Positions 29,646 to 39,398 of a stretch of 64,000 nucleotides of DNA are shown here, piece by piece (position 1 is the first letter of the stretch; every line of letters begins with the position of its first letter). Made by a program: the position numbers and the translations under genes. The notes below the pieces were generated by a model. The model was given only the letters and a program-made list of their open reading frames with translations, did not search any database and had not been told where the DNA came from. Source of the DNA: Candidatus Methanomethylicia archaeon. GTDB lineage: Archaea > Thermoproteota > Methanomethylicia > Culexarchaeales > Culexarchaeaceae. The stretch lies in contig JAVYVS010000001.1 in the NCBI GenBank assembly GCA_038727515.1, positions 465,964 to 529,963 on the forward strand, in the 5' to 3' direction.

Positions 29646-30208
29646 AGATTTAAATTTATAGTTAAATCCATTAAGTTCATTAGGAATTTGGTCATTTCAC
29701 GTTCATTAATTGAAATACCCGTAGAAAATTTATCTTCAATAAAACCATTAAAATAGGCATTCCCAATAAATGTTTTACATAATTTAAGAGCATCAACTAT
29801 CAACCCCAAATCTCCAATATGATAATAAATGCTAACATCATTTATAATTAGAATGTTACTTGGGTTATCAATGAAGTCTTTGAGTGCACTCTCACATCTA
29901 AACCTATTAATCTTAGCATACATTAAAACCTCATCTCTACATTTACCGAGTATCCTAGGAGGATAAGTATCAACATCAACATATCTCTTAACAAGATTTT
30001 GATGAAAAGAATACTCAATAAGTTTACCACCAACCCTCCTACCAGAATGATATATGGAGATAGGAGCAAAATCCAATATTGTAATTTCACTTCCAAAACC
30101 AAGTTCTATAAATTTATTAACAATATTTAATGTTAATATGGTTTTACCAGAACCAACATCACCAACTAATAGAATCCTCTTACCAAGGAGATCAGAAGCT
30201 CTAAACAT
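29624..30208 (-). CDS. small P-loop NTPase (uncharacterised)
   Basis: Walker A LLVGDVGSGKT and a Walker B-like ILIINDVS in 194 aa. Its 3' end overlaps the Nre-like gene end by 22 bp. Confidence 0.45.
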   Translation of the reverse strand: MFRASDLLGKRILLVGDVGSGKTILTLNIVNKFIELGFGSEITILDFAPISIYHSGRRVGGKLIEYSFHQNLVKRYVDVDTYPPRILGKCRDEVLMYAKINRFRCESALKDFIDNPSNILIINDVSIYYHIGDLGLIVDALKLCKTFIGNAYFNGFIEDKFSTGISINEREMTKFLMNLMDLTINLNLQSLRLI

Positions 30209-30282
30209 AAATCATTATATTACAATAGTAATATTTAAAAATTTATCATATATATTTCAATACTTCAGTGAGGTAACTATAC

Positions 30283-30765
30283 ATGTACATGGAGCGCTCA
30301 TATGCTAAAAAGATTATTTTGACATCAATATTCTCAGGGATCTCAATATTGTTAAGCTATTTCAATATACCCATAGGAGTCATGAAGATCCTTCCCTTTC
30401 AACATATGGTGAATGCTATTGCAGGGGTGATTATAGGGCCATTTTATGCTGCAATAGCTGCCACCATAACCGGTGTAGTTAGAAATATGCTTGGCACTGG
30501 AACTATATTCGCATTTCCAGGGGGGATACCGGGAGCGATCATTGTGGGATTAACATATAGAATTGTTAAACGTGAAGAGGCAGCATTAATAGAGCCTGTG
30601 GGAACATTTATTGGTGCATTACTGAGTCCAATAGTGGCTGGAATAGCCTTGGGAAAGACTATTGATGCCATAGTGTTCATAATACCATTCTTAGCAAGTA
30701 GTATACCTGGATCAATCTTAGGTTACATAATTTTAAAAGCGTTGAAGAAAAGTGGAGTATTATGA
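30283..30765 (+). CDS. small integral membrane protein, ECF-transporter S-component-like (ThiW-like)
   Basis: 160 aa with 5 TM helices. Glycine-rich FPGGIPGAIIVG and overall similarity to ThiW/S-component folds suggest the family, which is uncertain. Confidence 0.4.
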   Translation: MYMERSYAKKIILTSIFSGISILLSYFNIPIGVMKILPFQHMVNAIAGVIIGPFYAAIAATITGVVRNMLGTGTIFAFPGGIPGAIIVGLTYRIVKREEAALIEPVGTFIGALLSPIVAGIALGKTIDAIVFIIPFLASSIPGSILGYIILKALKKSGVL

Positions 30766-30873
30766 GTATCCCTCAAAATTATACTTTACTTTAATTTGAT
30801 TTTTGAAGTTTCTTTAGTTTGAATAGTTCCTTTTTAATTGATCTAAAAGGTTATTTTCATATATTTTGTAGGC

Positions 30874-31797
30874 TTATATCTTCTTTCCTTTATTAACTAA
30901 CTCATCTGGAGAAATTAAAACCATTGTAGGTTTGAATATTCCTTCATATTTCAACTTTTTTGCTGGGTTATTGATGATTATTAGTTCAGGTTTTTTAGTT
31001 GCATTGAAAACGACATATAGCCAATATTGTTCTTTAAACCTTTTGGCCTTAGACCATTCATTGGGGGTTAGGGTTATGGAACCTATATCGGCTCTTGCTT
31101 TTACTTCGATGTATCTTATTTCATTTCTACCCTTTGATATTATGTCGAAGCCTAGGTTTTCTTTGGATACATCTTCAGGTTCTCTGCCTTGGCTTTTCTC
31201 AAACTCCATGGCTACCTGCATGCCAGCTTTCTCAACTTCTTCTTTTGAAGTCTCTTCCCTTCCTTCAAGCATCTCTTCAGTTTCTTCTCTTTCTTTAAGC
31301 ATTCTTTCATAACATAATTTTGAAACATTCTCCAAAATATTTATAACTTTATCTGGTTCATTGGTATAAAGCCATAATACAGATCTTCTACCCTTCTTCA
31401 ACCCAACATAACTATGCTTTAAATTAGTAAAAAATCTATATTCAGGAGTTATATCAAGCCTCCTCCCCTTATTATCTATTACAGCTCTATCCGTAATCTT
31501 GTATATGGAGAATGTGGGTATGAAGGGGTATGGTGAAAACCACATAACAACAAATACCACTATCATAGCTAAAACATCGATAAACAAAAATAGTATGAAT
31601 GCAAGTGTGAAGTAGAAGGATAATAAGCCTATAGCTCTTAAACGTCGATAATTCTTATCATTATTACTAAGTTCAACAGCATTCGTTTCATACAAAACTT
31701 TCTCTATTTCTTCAGGTTTTTCTTCATCAGATAATTCCTTAGAAGTCTCAGACTCATTCACCAAAATAAGACACCTAAAGAGATTCTGTAAATTCAT
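30874..31797 (-). CDS. membrane-anchored protein with a C-terminal PD-(D/E)xK nuclease-like NOV_C/DUF3883-type domain
   Basis: About 30 hydrophobic residues (LLSFYFTLAFILFLFIDVLAMIVVFVVMWF) follow an acidic N-terminus. The C-terminus GFDIISKGRNEIRYIEVKARADIGSITLTPNEWSKAKRFKEQYWLYVV carries a D...ExK triad and the GyDI...IEVK...lS.nE...Y.LyvV pattern. Confidence 0.5.
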   Translation of the reverse strand: MNLQNLFRCLILVNESETSKELSDEEKPEEIEKVLYETNAVELSNNDKNYRRLRAIGLLSFYFTLAFILFLFIDVLAMIVVFVVMWFSPYPFIPTFSIYKITDRAVIDNKGRRLDITPEYRFFTNLKHSYVGLKKGRRSVLWLYTNEPDKVINILENVSKLCYERMLKEREETEEMLEGREETSKEEVEKAGMQVAMEFEKSQGREPEDVSKENLGFDIISKGRNEIRYIEVKARADIGSITLTPNEWSKAKRFKEQYWLYVVFNATKKPELIIINNPAKKLKYEGIFKPTMVLISPDELVNKGKKI

Positions 31798-31810
31798 ATA
31801 TATAAAATTG

Positions 31811-33097
31811 TTATAAAATTAATTCACCTTTTAAAACACCTGCTTTAATCCTTTCATCTTCAGAAGCTTTAAATAAATACTTTACCAATTCAACTTCTTC
31901 ATTGGATAATGTTTTACCCCTCCTAGAATAGACTCTACGCATAGTTTCCAATGCGGATTCAAGTTTAAGTTCATAGGATTTATTGATAAGAGTTTTAGCA
32001 TATATTGTAAAGGATGGAACATCTTCATATACGTATCCAATTAAATGTGAAAAAACGCCTATACGTTTACCAGCAAAAATACCGCAATTAATTGAAGTTT
32101 TAACATGATCCCCTATAAAACTTCCAAGTTTATTAAGTCCAGTATCAACAATATTATTTCCAATTTTAACTCTAATGTTCCCATAAGTATTCTTTAAATC
32201 ACTTGTAACTGTAAATGCACCTAAATTAACCCATTCACCAACATAGGAATGACCTATAAAACTTGGATGATACATATTTACATATCCATGTAGAATTGAA
32301 GCTTCAACTTCCCCTCCAACTCTACAAGTATTACCGATATTACTTCCAGCTCTAATCCTAGCACCAGCTAAGATAATGGTTTCATCACCAATATATGCTG
32401 GACCCTCAATTCTACATGGACCAAAGATTTTCACTCCAGAACCAATATATACAGGTCCCCCTCTAACATCAATATTCACATAACCTTCAATTTTCGAATT
32501 AGCACCAACATATATGTTTGATTTCGAACCATAAACGACAGTTTTATCATCCAATTCACCAATTAAACCAGAAGATTTAAAATCAGCTTTCAAGAAATCT
32601 TCATTTAACGTTATTAGGTCCCATATATTCTCTAAAAGTACATGTTCATTTAATTGAATGAAATCACATTCACCATGAAGACTCCTTAAAATATTTGAAT
32701 TAATTATCCCATTAATGGAATTAGAAATCACATATTCAAGTAGATAATATTTAAGTTTAGCTGCAACAATTCCACCACTTAAATCAGAAATTATAAAGTA
32801 ATCTTTCTCAACACTAAGGGATTTTATAAAATTCAATACATCATTTTTGGGTATCAATCTACCATTAATCAGTAGAACATCATGATCATCAATAAAATTC
32901 ACTTTAAAAGATTTATTCCTTAACTTTACAATGTTACATAAATAATCTCTAGTATAAAGTATTGCTTCTGAAGAGAAGAAATCACAAATATGCTTAAACA
33001 CTGGATGAAAACCGATTTTTAATTCATAAATTGGTCTAATGATGGTTAAAGGATAGAAATTAATGTAGTTCTCATCTTCAAAAATCACAATTTTCAT
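31811..33097 (-). CDS. sugar-nucleotidyltransferase-like N-terminal domain plus left-handed beta-helix (hexapeptide) C-terminal domain; likely start MKIVIF at 33097
   Basis: Hexapeptide repeats (IGDETIILAGARIRAGSNIGNTCRVGGEVEASIL and others). The N-terminal Rossmann-like fold lacks the canonical GxGTRL motif (reads VIFEDENYINFYPL). The architecture is GlmU/eIF2B-gamma-like. Confidence 0.5.
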   Translation of the reverse strand: MKIVIFEDENYINFYPLTIIRPIYELKIGFHPVFKHICDFFSSEAILYTRDYLCNIVKLRNKSFKVNFIDDHDVLLINGRLIPKNDVLNFIKSLSVEKDYFIISDLSGGIVAAKLKYYLLEYVISNSINGIINSNILRSLHGECDFIQLNEHVLLENIWDLITLNEDFLKADFKSSGLIGELDDKTVVYGSKSNIYVGANSKIEGYVNIDVRGGPVYIGSGVKIFGPCRIEGPAYIGDETIILAGARIRAGSNIGNTCRVGGEVEASILHGYVNMYHPSFIGHSYVGEWVNLGAFTVTSDLKNTYGNIRVKIGNNIVDTGLNKLGSFIGDHVKTSINCGIFAGKRIGVFSHLIGYVYEDVPSFTIYAKTLINKSYELKLESALETMRRVYSRRGKTLSNEEVELVKYLFKASEDERIKAGVLKGELIL

Positions 33098-33212
33098 AAC
33101 AGTAAAATATCTAAACAAAGGTAGATAAAGATATTTCCAAGTAAAAATCAATACACTTTAAAATCTTGAGATAAATAAATATACTATTGAGAATTTAAAG
33201 GTGAATTAAAAT

Positions 33213-34148
33213 TTGAGTGAAAGAATAATATTCATCGGCCATACATCCATAGATAAAGTAAAAAATATTTATGGTGAAAGAGAGCAACCTGGAGGAGCAG
33301 CATTATATTCCTCAATAGCTGCAAAAACATTATATGATAATGTTGGATTAATCTCAGCAATAGGTAAAGACTACAAATATAAACATATATTCAATATCTT
33401 CAAAAATAAAATAATAAAGGAGGTAAGAGTACCATCAACATATTTTGAAATATATTATGATGAAAAATGGAATGCAAAATATACTAAAGCAAGGATAGGT
33501 GCTGGAAGATATGTTAAAGCTGAAATAATACCAACACATTGGATGACTAGGAAAAATGTATTCCACATTTCACCTATGACACCAAGTAAAGTTGAAAGGA
33601 TAATAGATCGCATTAGAAAATATACACCTAAATCAATGATATCAGTAAATAGTTGGAGCGGTTATATGAAAGATGGAAAACAGAGGAAACATTTAATGAA
33701 TATAATGAAGAAAGTGGATTTAATGGTTTTAAATGAAACGGAAGCAAAACTACTTGCAAAAACAGATTCATTAACACAAGCAATGAATTTATTAAAATGT
33801 AAAATGCTTGTTGTAACCCTAGGATCCCTTGGAGCATTAATTAAAATGAATGATGAAATCATGATGGTACCAGCATTAACAAGTATGGAACTTAAAATAA
33901 TGGATACAACTGGTGCAGGAGACTCATGGTGTGGAGCATTCTTAGCAGCATACAAATTAACTGGAGAAATAACAAAAGCAATAATAACAGCTTCTCTAAT
34001 AGCAACAATAAAATGCACTGGGTGGGGATTTGAAGAATTAATAAAATTGAGATTTCAATCTGCAGATGATGTAGTAAAACACATACTAAAGATAAAGGAG
34101 AGAGATAAACAGAAAAGATTAACAGAATACTTTAAAAGGGCTATTTAA
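33213..34148 (+). CDS. PfkB-family sugar/nucleoside kinase (second paralog)
   Basis: N-terminal GGAALYSS (GG motif) and C-terminal DTTGAGDSWCGAF (anion hole) are PfkB signatures. Confidence 0.7.
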   Translation: MSERIIFIGHTSIDKVKNIYGEREQPGGAALYSSIAAKTLYDNVGLISAIGKDYKYKHIFNIFKNKIIKEVRVPSTYFEIYYDEKWNAKYTKARIGAGRYVKAEIIPTHWMTRKNVFHISPMTPSKVERIIDRIRKYTPKSMISVNSWSGYMKDGKQRKHLMNIMKKVDLMVLNETEAKLLAKTDSLTQAMNLLKCKMLVVTLGSLGALIKMNDEIMMVPALTSMELKIMDTTGAGDSWCGAFLAAYKLTGEITKAIITASLIATIKCTGWGFEELIKLRFQSADDVVKHILKIKERDKQKRLTEYFKRAI

Positions 34149-35204
34149 TTAAGATTTAAAGAGTTTATAAATTCTCCAAAGTTCATCTAAAACTGGTTCA
34201 GAAATATCAACAACACTTCCATCAACTTTAACCATCTTCCACCCAAACACATGCTCTTTAAATTCACCAATAATAGAAGCTTTAATTCCAGCTTTATTCA
34301 AAACTTCAACAATAGAAGGAGCATATTCAGGTTTAGCTGAAATTAAAAGTGAACCAGAACTTATGGTTTTCAATGGATCTACACCAAGAATATCACAGAT
34401 AATTCTAGTTTCCTCATTAACAATAATACTTCCTTCATATATAACAAAACCTAAAGAAGATGCAGCAGCCATCTCTTGAACACCACCAAGAACCCCGCCT
34501 TCAGTGGGATCATGCATTGATGTAACTCCACCAACACTCATAGCCAATTGAGAATCCTTCAAAACACTAAGAAGATTGATATAATTCAAAGCTCGTTTAA
34601 TGACATCACTTGAAACTTTACCAGTTAAATAATCTGAAAATTCATTAGCAAATATAAAGGTACCTTCAATACAAGCACCTTTAGTTAAGATTATTAAGTC
34701 GCCAGGTTTTGCACCACCAGTGGTGACAAACCTATTCTTATCAGCTTCACCAAAAGCTGTGGAGATTAGTATTGGTCTATCAAGACCTGGAGTAACTTCA
34801 GTATGACCACAAACAATCATAATGCCAAGCCTTTTAGCTGCTTCATCTATTTCTGCAGTAATATTGTTAAGTAAATCTTCATTAAACCCCTCTGGAAGCA
34901 AGATAACCATTGAAACCCATCTAGGAACAGCACCCCTAGTTGCAACATCATTAGTACTAACACAAAGAGCAAGCCAACCAATATTTCTAGAAGCCCCAGT
35001 AATAGGATCAGAATGAACTACTAAAACTTTATCGCCAAAATCAATGACAGCAGCATCTTCACCAATACCAGGACCCACTAAAACTCTAGAATCAAATACA
35101 CCAATTCTACCAAAAATATACTTCTCAAGAATTTTAGGTGGAACCTTACCATAAAAAGGAGCATTAACCACCAATGAAGACACCTCTCTTCTCAATACCA
35201 ACAT
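34149..35204 (-). CDS. AIR-synthase-related (PurM-like) protein (ThiL/HypE-like superfamily)
   Basis: The GEDAAVIDFGDKVLVVHSD and LCVSTNDVATRGA segments are typical of the PurM-like N-domain. No HypE C-terminal Cys is present. Confidence 0.55.
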   Translation of the reverse strand: MLVLRREVSSLVVNAPFYGKVPPKILEKYIFGRIGVFDSRVLVGPGIGEDAAVIDFGDKVLVVHSDPITGASRNIGWLALCVSTNDVATRGAVPRWVSMVILLPEGFNEDLLNNITAEIDEAAKRLGIMIVCGHTEVTPGLDRPILISTAFGEADKNRFVTTGGAKPGDLIILTKGACIEGTFIFANEFSDYLTGKVSSDVIKRALNYINLLSVLKDSQLAMSVGGVTSMHDPTEGGVLGGVQEMAAASSLGFVIYEGSIIVNEETRIICDILGVDPLKTISSGSLLISAKPEYAPSIVEVLNKAGIKASIIGEFKEHVFGWKMVKVDGSVVDISEPVLDELWRIYKLFKS

Positions 35205-35934
35205 AAACTATGGAAGAAACAATTAAACCAATAAGCATTTGCATAAAATTAAATGGAACTTCAATCAATGCAGCCCAACCATAAGATAATACATAGAATT
35301 CATATAGGAAATACCCTAAAATCATAGTTAATCCACCAATAATACAAGATAAAGCTGATGCAAAATATCGTACATCAATTCTAACATATACATAGATAAA
35401 CAGAATAAACACGAAAACAGAAGAAAAAATCCAGAAAATATTTGGAAGACTAAAAATTAAACTACTATAACCAAAATTTGGAATTCCAAAATAAATTTCA
35501 GAGGGACCAGAATAATACATTAACCCCATGTACATGAAAGATAGAAATATGAGTATAGTAATTGATGAAAATAAAACTAAACTCTTAAAATCACGCTTAA
35601 ACCTAAACCTCCTAAATAGGCAATTTAACAAACCTACAATAAACCCCTCCAAACCTTTAATAACTAATGTTCCAGGAGCATACCAAAAATAACCAGTGAA
35701 AATATCAGCTAAAGCTGAACCTAATCCTCCAGCAACACCTCCCACAATAGGACCAAAAAGTAATGCTGAAATATAGACTCCAATTTCACCAAAATTGAAA
35801 TATCCATGAGTTTCATAAATATAAAGTTGAAAAGTCATAGTTAATACACAAACTAATGCTGTCATAAACCCCATAATAGATATACGCCTAGCCAAAGACA
35901 AAAAGGTCACCAAACATGAATATAAAACATACAT
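35164..35934 (-). CDS. ECF-transporter S-component-like membrane protein
   Basis: GPIVGGVAGGLGSALADIFTGY resembles the conserved S-component loop (BioY/ThiT/YkoE-like). 256 aa with 6 TM helices. Confidence 0.5.
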   Translation of the reverse strand: MYVLYSCLVTFLSLARRISIMGFMTALVCVLTMTFQLYIYETHGYFNFGEIGVYISALLFGPIVGGVAGGLGSALADIFTGYFWYAPGTLVIKGLEGFIVGLLNCLFRRFRFKRDFKSLVLFSSITILIFLSFMYMGLMYYSGPSEIYFGIPNFGYSSLIFSLPNIFWIFSSVFVFILFIYVYVRIDVRYFASALSCIIGGLTMILGYFLYEFYVLSYGWAALIEVPFNFMQMLIGLIVSSIVYVGIEKRGVFIGG

Positions 35935-36120
35935 TTATATACATTGTTAACGTATAAATTCCGATAATTAAAGAAATGAAAACACTGTTATAATAAACCT
36001 TTTAAATAAATAGCAATATAATGTATGTAATAAAAGTTTAAAGGTGAAAAACATGAGTAAATGTGGAAAGAAGAAGGAAAAGAAGGAAGAGAAAAAATAG
36101 AAGTAAATTGAAGCACCCTC

Positions 36121-37614
36121 CTAAAACTTCTTTCTCCACTTTTTCCCTATAGGATAGAAATCATCTGGAACATTATGATATTCAAGTGTTAATAGATCTG
36201 CAGGTCCAAGTCCAGGTGAATCTATGGGATAATCCAATGCTACTACACTATCCCAAAAAGCTCTATGATGAATTCTATCCTTTAAAACAATAATATCCTT
36301 ATTTCTAGGTTCAATCCCCAAAGCTTTAAATCCTTGATCATCCATTGGAGCTCTAAGCCTCTTAGAAATTATCACATGTCTACCTTCACCCATATTTACC
36401 ACAGCCACTAAATCCTCATGTACACGTCTACCACGACCCATAGGACCTACAAGTGTATATTCCACTGGACCTATAAACTCTAATACACCAGTAATCTCCA
36501 CAGGTTCACCTGAAATTGGATGAGCCCATCCTCCAACTTTAATTCTAACAGTTTCACCAATTTTAGCATTATTTTTAAGCCATTCTAAAGCATTAGGATC
36601 TGCAATTCCACCAATAACAAAATTCTTAGCTCCTTGAAGGATAAGCTCTCTTAAAACATGAGTGCCATCACCAATTCTATCACTATGTTCAGCAATAAGT
36701 ATAGGTTTAACACCACTAGCAACTAAACGTAAAACTTCAGCTACACCTTCCTTAGGTTTCGGGATTGGTTTAGTGAATTCATTACGTAAACTCCAAATGA
36801 GATCTGAAATATCTTGAGCAGCTCTTTCAGCTAAATTTCTATCACCATTAGTAACCACGAAAACTGATGCACCAATATCAGGTACATCTGCATAAGCATA
36901 ACCAGCAGCAACAGAAGCACAATAAACACCCTTAGCCTCCCATTCTCTACAACGATCATAAACTATCTTCATTGGTGGATAATCAGTAGCTTGATATATA
37001 CTTGCAAATACAAGTCCAGGTTTACGGAAGGCCATAACAGGTTTAAATTCACCCTTAATAGTTTTAATCATACATCTAGCTGCAATAATCCCTATGTCTT
37101 CAGAATCCACATGTGGATATGTTTTAAGTATGAAAACTGCATCAGCAACTTCAGCTAATTCATGATCTTCATTAGCATGTAAATCCAATGTAACCATTAT
37201 GGGTATATCACCCACAACCCTTCTTACACGTCTAACAATTTCAGCTTCAGGTTTAGGTATACCTTCCACAGCCATTGCACCATGAAGAGCAAGTAAAACT
37301 CCATCAAATGGCCCTTTATCTCTAATACCATCAACAATTTCACCAGTAATCCTTTCAAATGCATCCAATGTAATCCAACCACTATAACCAGTAGCAGTAG
37401 TTCTACCAGCCTCCAAAATACCAATAAGTTCAGCACCTTCTTCATCTGCAACCTTCATAAAACCACGTATATAATTTGGATATGTTCTAGCATGCTCAAA
37501 TATCGCATTACCTCTAATAATGAAATCTTTAAACATATCATATGTTGTTTTAACTGGAACAAAAGTGCATGTTTCATGGGAAAAACTAGCTACAGCTATT
37601 CTCAAGGTTATCAA
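36121..37614 (-). CDS. M81-family metallopeptidase (MlrC/microcystinase-like; DUF1485 + MlrC_C)
   Basis: N-terminal RIAVASFSHETCTFVP matches the MlrC family RIAxxGxxHETNTF motif. Length 497 aa. Confidence 0.65.
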   Translation of the reverse strand: MITLRIAVASFSHETCTFVPVKTTYDMFKDFIIRGNAIFEHARTYPNYIRGFMKVADEEGAELIGILEAGRTTATGYSGWITLDAFERITGEIVDGIRDKGPFDGVLLALHGAMAVEGIPKPEAEIVRRVRRVVGDIPIMVTLDLHANEDHELAEVADAVFILKTYPHVDSEDIGIIAARCMIKTIKGEFKPVMAFRKPGLVFASIYQATDYPPMKIVYDRCREWEAKGVYCASVAAGYAYADVPDIGASVFVVTNGDRNLAERAAQDISDLIWSLRNEFTKPIPKPKEGVAEVLRLVASGVKPILIAEHSDRIGDGTHVLRELILQGAKNFVIGGIADPNALEWLKNNAKIGETVRIKVGGWAHPISGEPVEITGVLEFIGPVEYTLVGPMGRGRRVHEDLVAVVNMGEGRHVIISKRLRAPMDDQGFKALGIEPRNKDIIVLKDRIHHRAFWDSVVALDYPIDSPGLGPADLLTLEYHNVPDDFYPIGKKWRKKF

Positions 37615-37727
37615 AATATAATTTAACTTAAAACTTAATAAGGCTATTTAATGAAAAGAAAAATCAATTATCATCATTGACATGGAAAGGTTAAAGGTGT
37701 TTAAAGTAAATTATTAATGGTGATCCC

Positions 37728-38129
37728 ATGACAAAAATAGTTACAATTGAAAGTACTAGGAGAGTGGAGTTCATTGATATTACAAGGAAAATAGAAGAAT
37801 TAATCGATGAAAATATTGAAGAAGGATTATGCAACATATACTCTCCACATACCACGGCTGGTTTAACCATAAATGAAAACTATGATCCAAGTGTAGTTAA
37901 AGATATAATTGAAACATTAGAAGTAATAGTTCCAGAAAATAGAGAATATAATCATGTAGAGGGAAATGCACCTGCACATATAAAGACATGTATAATTGGA
38001 AACTCATTAACAATACCAATAAATAATGGTAAACTTATGTTAGGAAGATGGCAAGGAATATTCCTATGCGAATTCGATGGACCGAGGAAAAGAAACATCT
38101 ATGTAACAATAATACCAATCAAGAAATAG
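37728..38129 (+). CDS. YjbQ/UPF0047 family protein (secondary thiamine-phosphate synthase-like)
   Basis: HTTAGLTINENYDP...HVEGNAPAHIK...LGRWQGIFLCEFDGPRKR matches the YjbQ consensus closely. Confidence 0.8.
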   Translation: MTKIVTIESTRRVEFIDITRKIEELIDENIEEGLCNIYSPHTTAGLTINENYDPSVVKDIIETLEVIVPENREYNHVEGNAPAHIKTCIIGNSLTIPINNGKLMLGRWQGIFLCEFDGPRKRNIYVTIIPIKK

Positions 38130-38135
38130 TTTTAA

Positions 38136-39302
38136 TCAATCCTTTCTTAAAAACCATAAACTCACCAATAGGGTTATGGCCAATACTTCACATATCAAAC
38201 TGAAAACAACAATTCCAAAGCTATATACAGTAAGTAGTAAAGCCATAATCATAGTTCCAATCATCCATGAAATACCAGAGGCAAAGGAATATATCCCATA
38301 GGCGTAAGCCCTATTAGATGGCTCAGTTAAATCTGCTACAGCAGCCCTCATAATAGTTTCATATGCACCCATAAAAACACCCCAAAGAATTGCTGCCAAA
38401 ACGTATGCCAACAAATGATTGCTAATTATCAGTGATGGTATCAGTAATGCTGATAATGGAGCAACAATAATTACCTTTAGACCATGCTTATCATATGCTA
38501 AACCCATTGGAAGAGCGACAATAGCATCAACACCCATAGCCAAAGTATAGAGTAAAGCAATATAGTAATCTGGGATAACACCCACATCCCTAAGATAAAA
38601 GGATAAAATACTCCTCCACTGCAGAAAACCAAGCATCATTAGAGATGAAGAAAATGTGTAAATCCAGAAAACCCTGCTTAAACTACCCCTACCACCAACA
38701 CTTCCAGCAGCAGCTTCAACCCTAGGATAAAGAATAGCAGCAATACTTAAACAAATCAAAGAGAGAATCACTGGAATGGTTAGAATTGAAAATGCATATT
38801 GATAATTATTATTGGAGATATATAATGCATATGCAACGCTTAATGGACCAATGAAAGCGCCAGCTTGATCTATAACTTCATGTAAACCAAAACCTTTACC
38901 TCTACCCATATCTTCAGTAACCTCAGACAATATTACATCCCTAACTGGACCCCTCAAACCTTTACCAATCCTCTCAACAAATACTAGGAGAAAAACCAGT
39001 TCAGGCCTACCAGCCAATGCAAGCAGAGGCATGGAAAAATTAGTTATATAACCAAGGAAAACCAACCCCCAATAAACAATACTAGACCTAGACCTAGAAG
39101 CAGCCCAACCACCAATTAAACGAGCAACATAACTAAAGAATTCAGGTAAACCAAGAAGACCAGTAAAAATTGCGGATGCACCTAAAAACTCCATATAAGA
39201 GCCAGTAACAGAGCCGCCACCCTCGTAAGCCATATCAGCAAAAAGTGAAACCATACCAAGCATGAGAAAGACAACAATAAACCTTCTATTCATACCCAAC
39301 AC
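38136..39302 (-). CDS. MFS transporter
   Basis: 388 aa with 12 TM helices and a GRxxDRxGRK-like loop (GKGLRGPVRD). Confidence 0.7.
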   Translation of the reverse strand: MLGMNRRFIVVFLMLGMVSLFADMAYEGGGSVTGSYMEFLGASAIFTGLLGLPEFFSYVARLIGGWAASRSRSSIVYWGLVFLGYITNFSMPLLALAGRPELVFLLVFVERIGKGLRGPVRDVILSEVTEDMGRGKGFGLHEVIDQAGAFIGPLSVAYALYISNNNYQYAFSILTIPVILSLICLSIAAILYPRVEAAAGSVGGRGSLSRVFWIYTFSSSLMMLGFLQWRSILSFYLRDVGVIPDYYIALLYTLAMGVDAIVALPMGLAYDKHGLKVIIVAPLSALLIPSLIISNHLLAYVLAAILWGVFMGAYETIMRAAVADLTEPSNRAYAYGIYSFASGISWMIGTMIMALLLTVYSFGIVVFSLICEVLAITLLVSLWFLRKD

Positions 39303-39398
39303 TTATATAGCCATAATATTTGGCTTAAAAATATAAAGATTTCCATAACTCAAAATCACAATCACTTAAAATTGGAATATATTTAATTATGAAATTCA

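Noticed and set aside
30209-30282. Possible TPP riboswitch upstream of the ThiW-like gene.
   Set aside because: The 74-bp region is AT-rich and lacks the conserved CUGAGA / ACCUGAUCUGGAUAAUGCCAGC TPP-aptamer elements. Only a weak 'cagtgagg' resemblance was seen.
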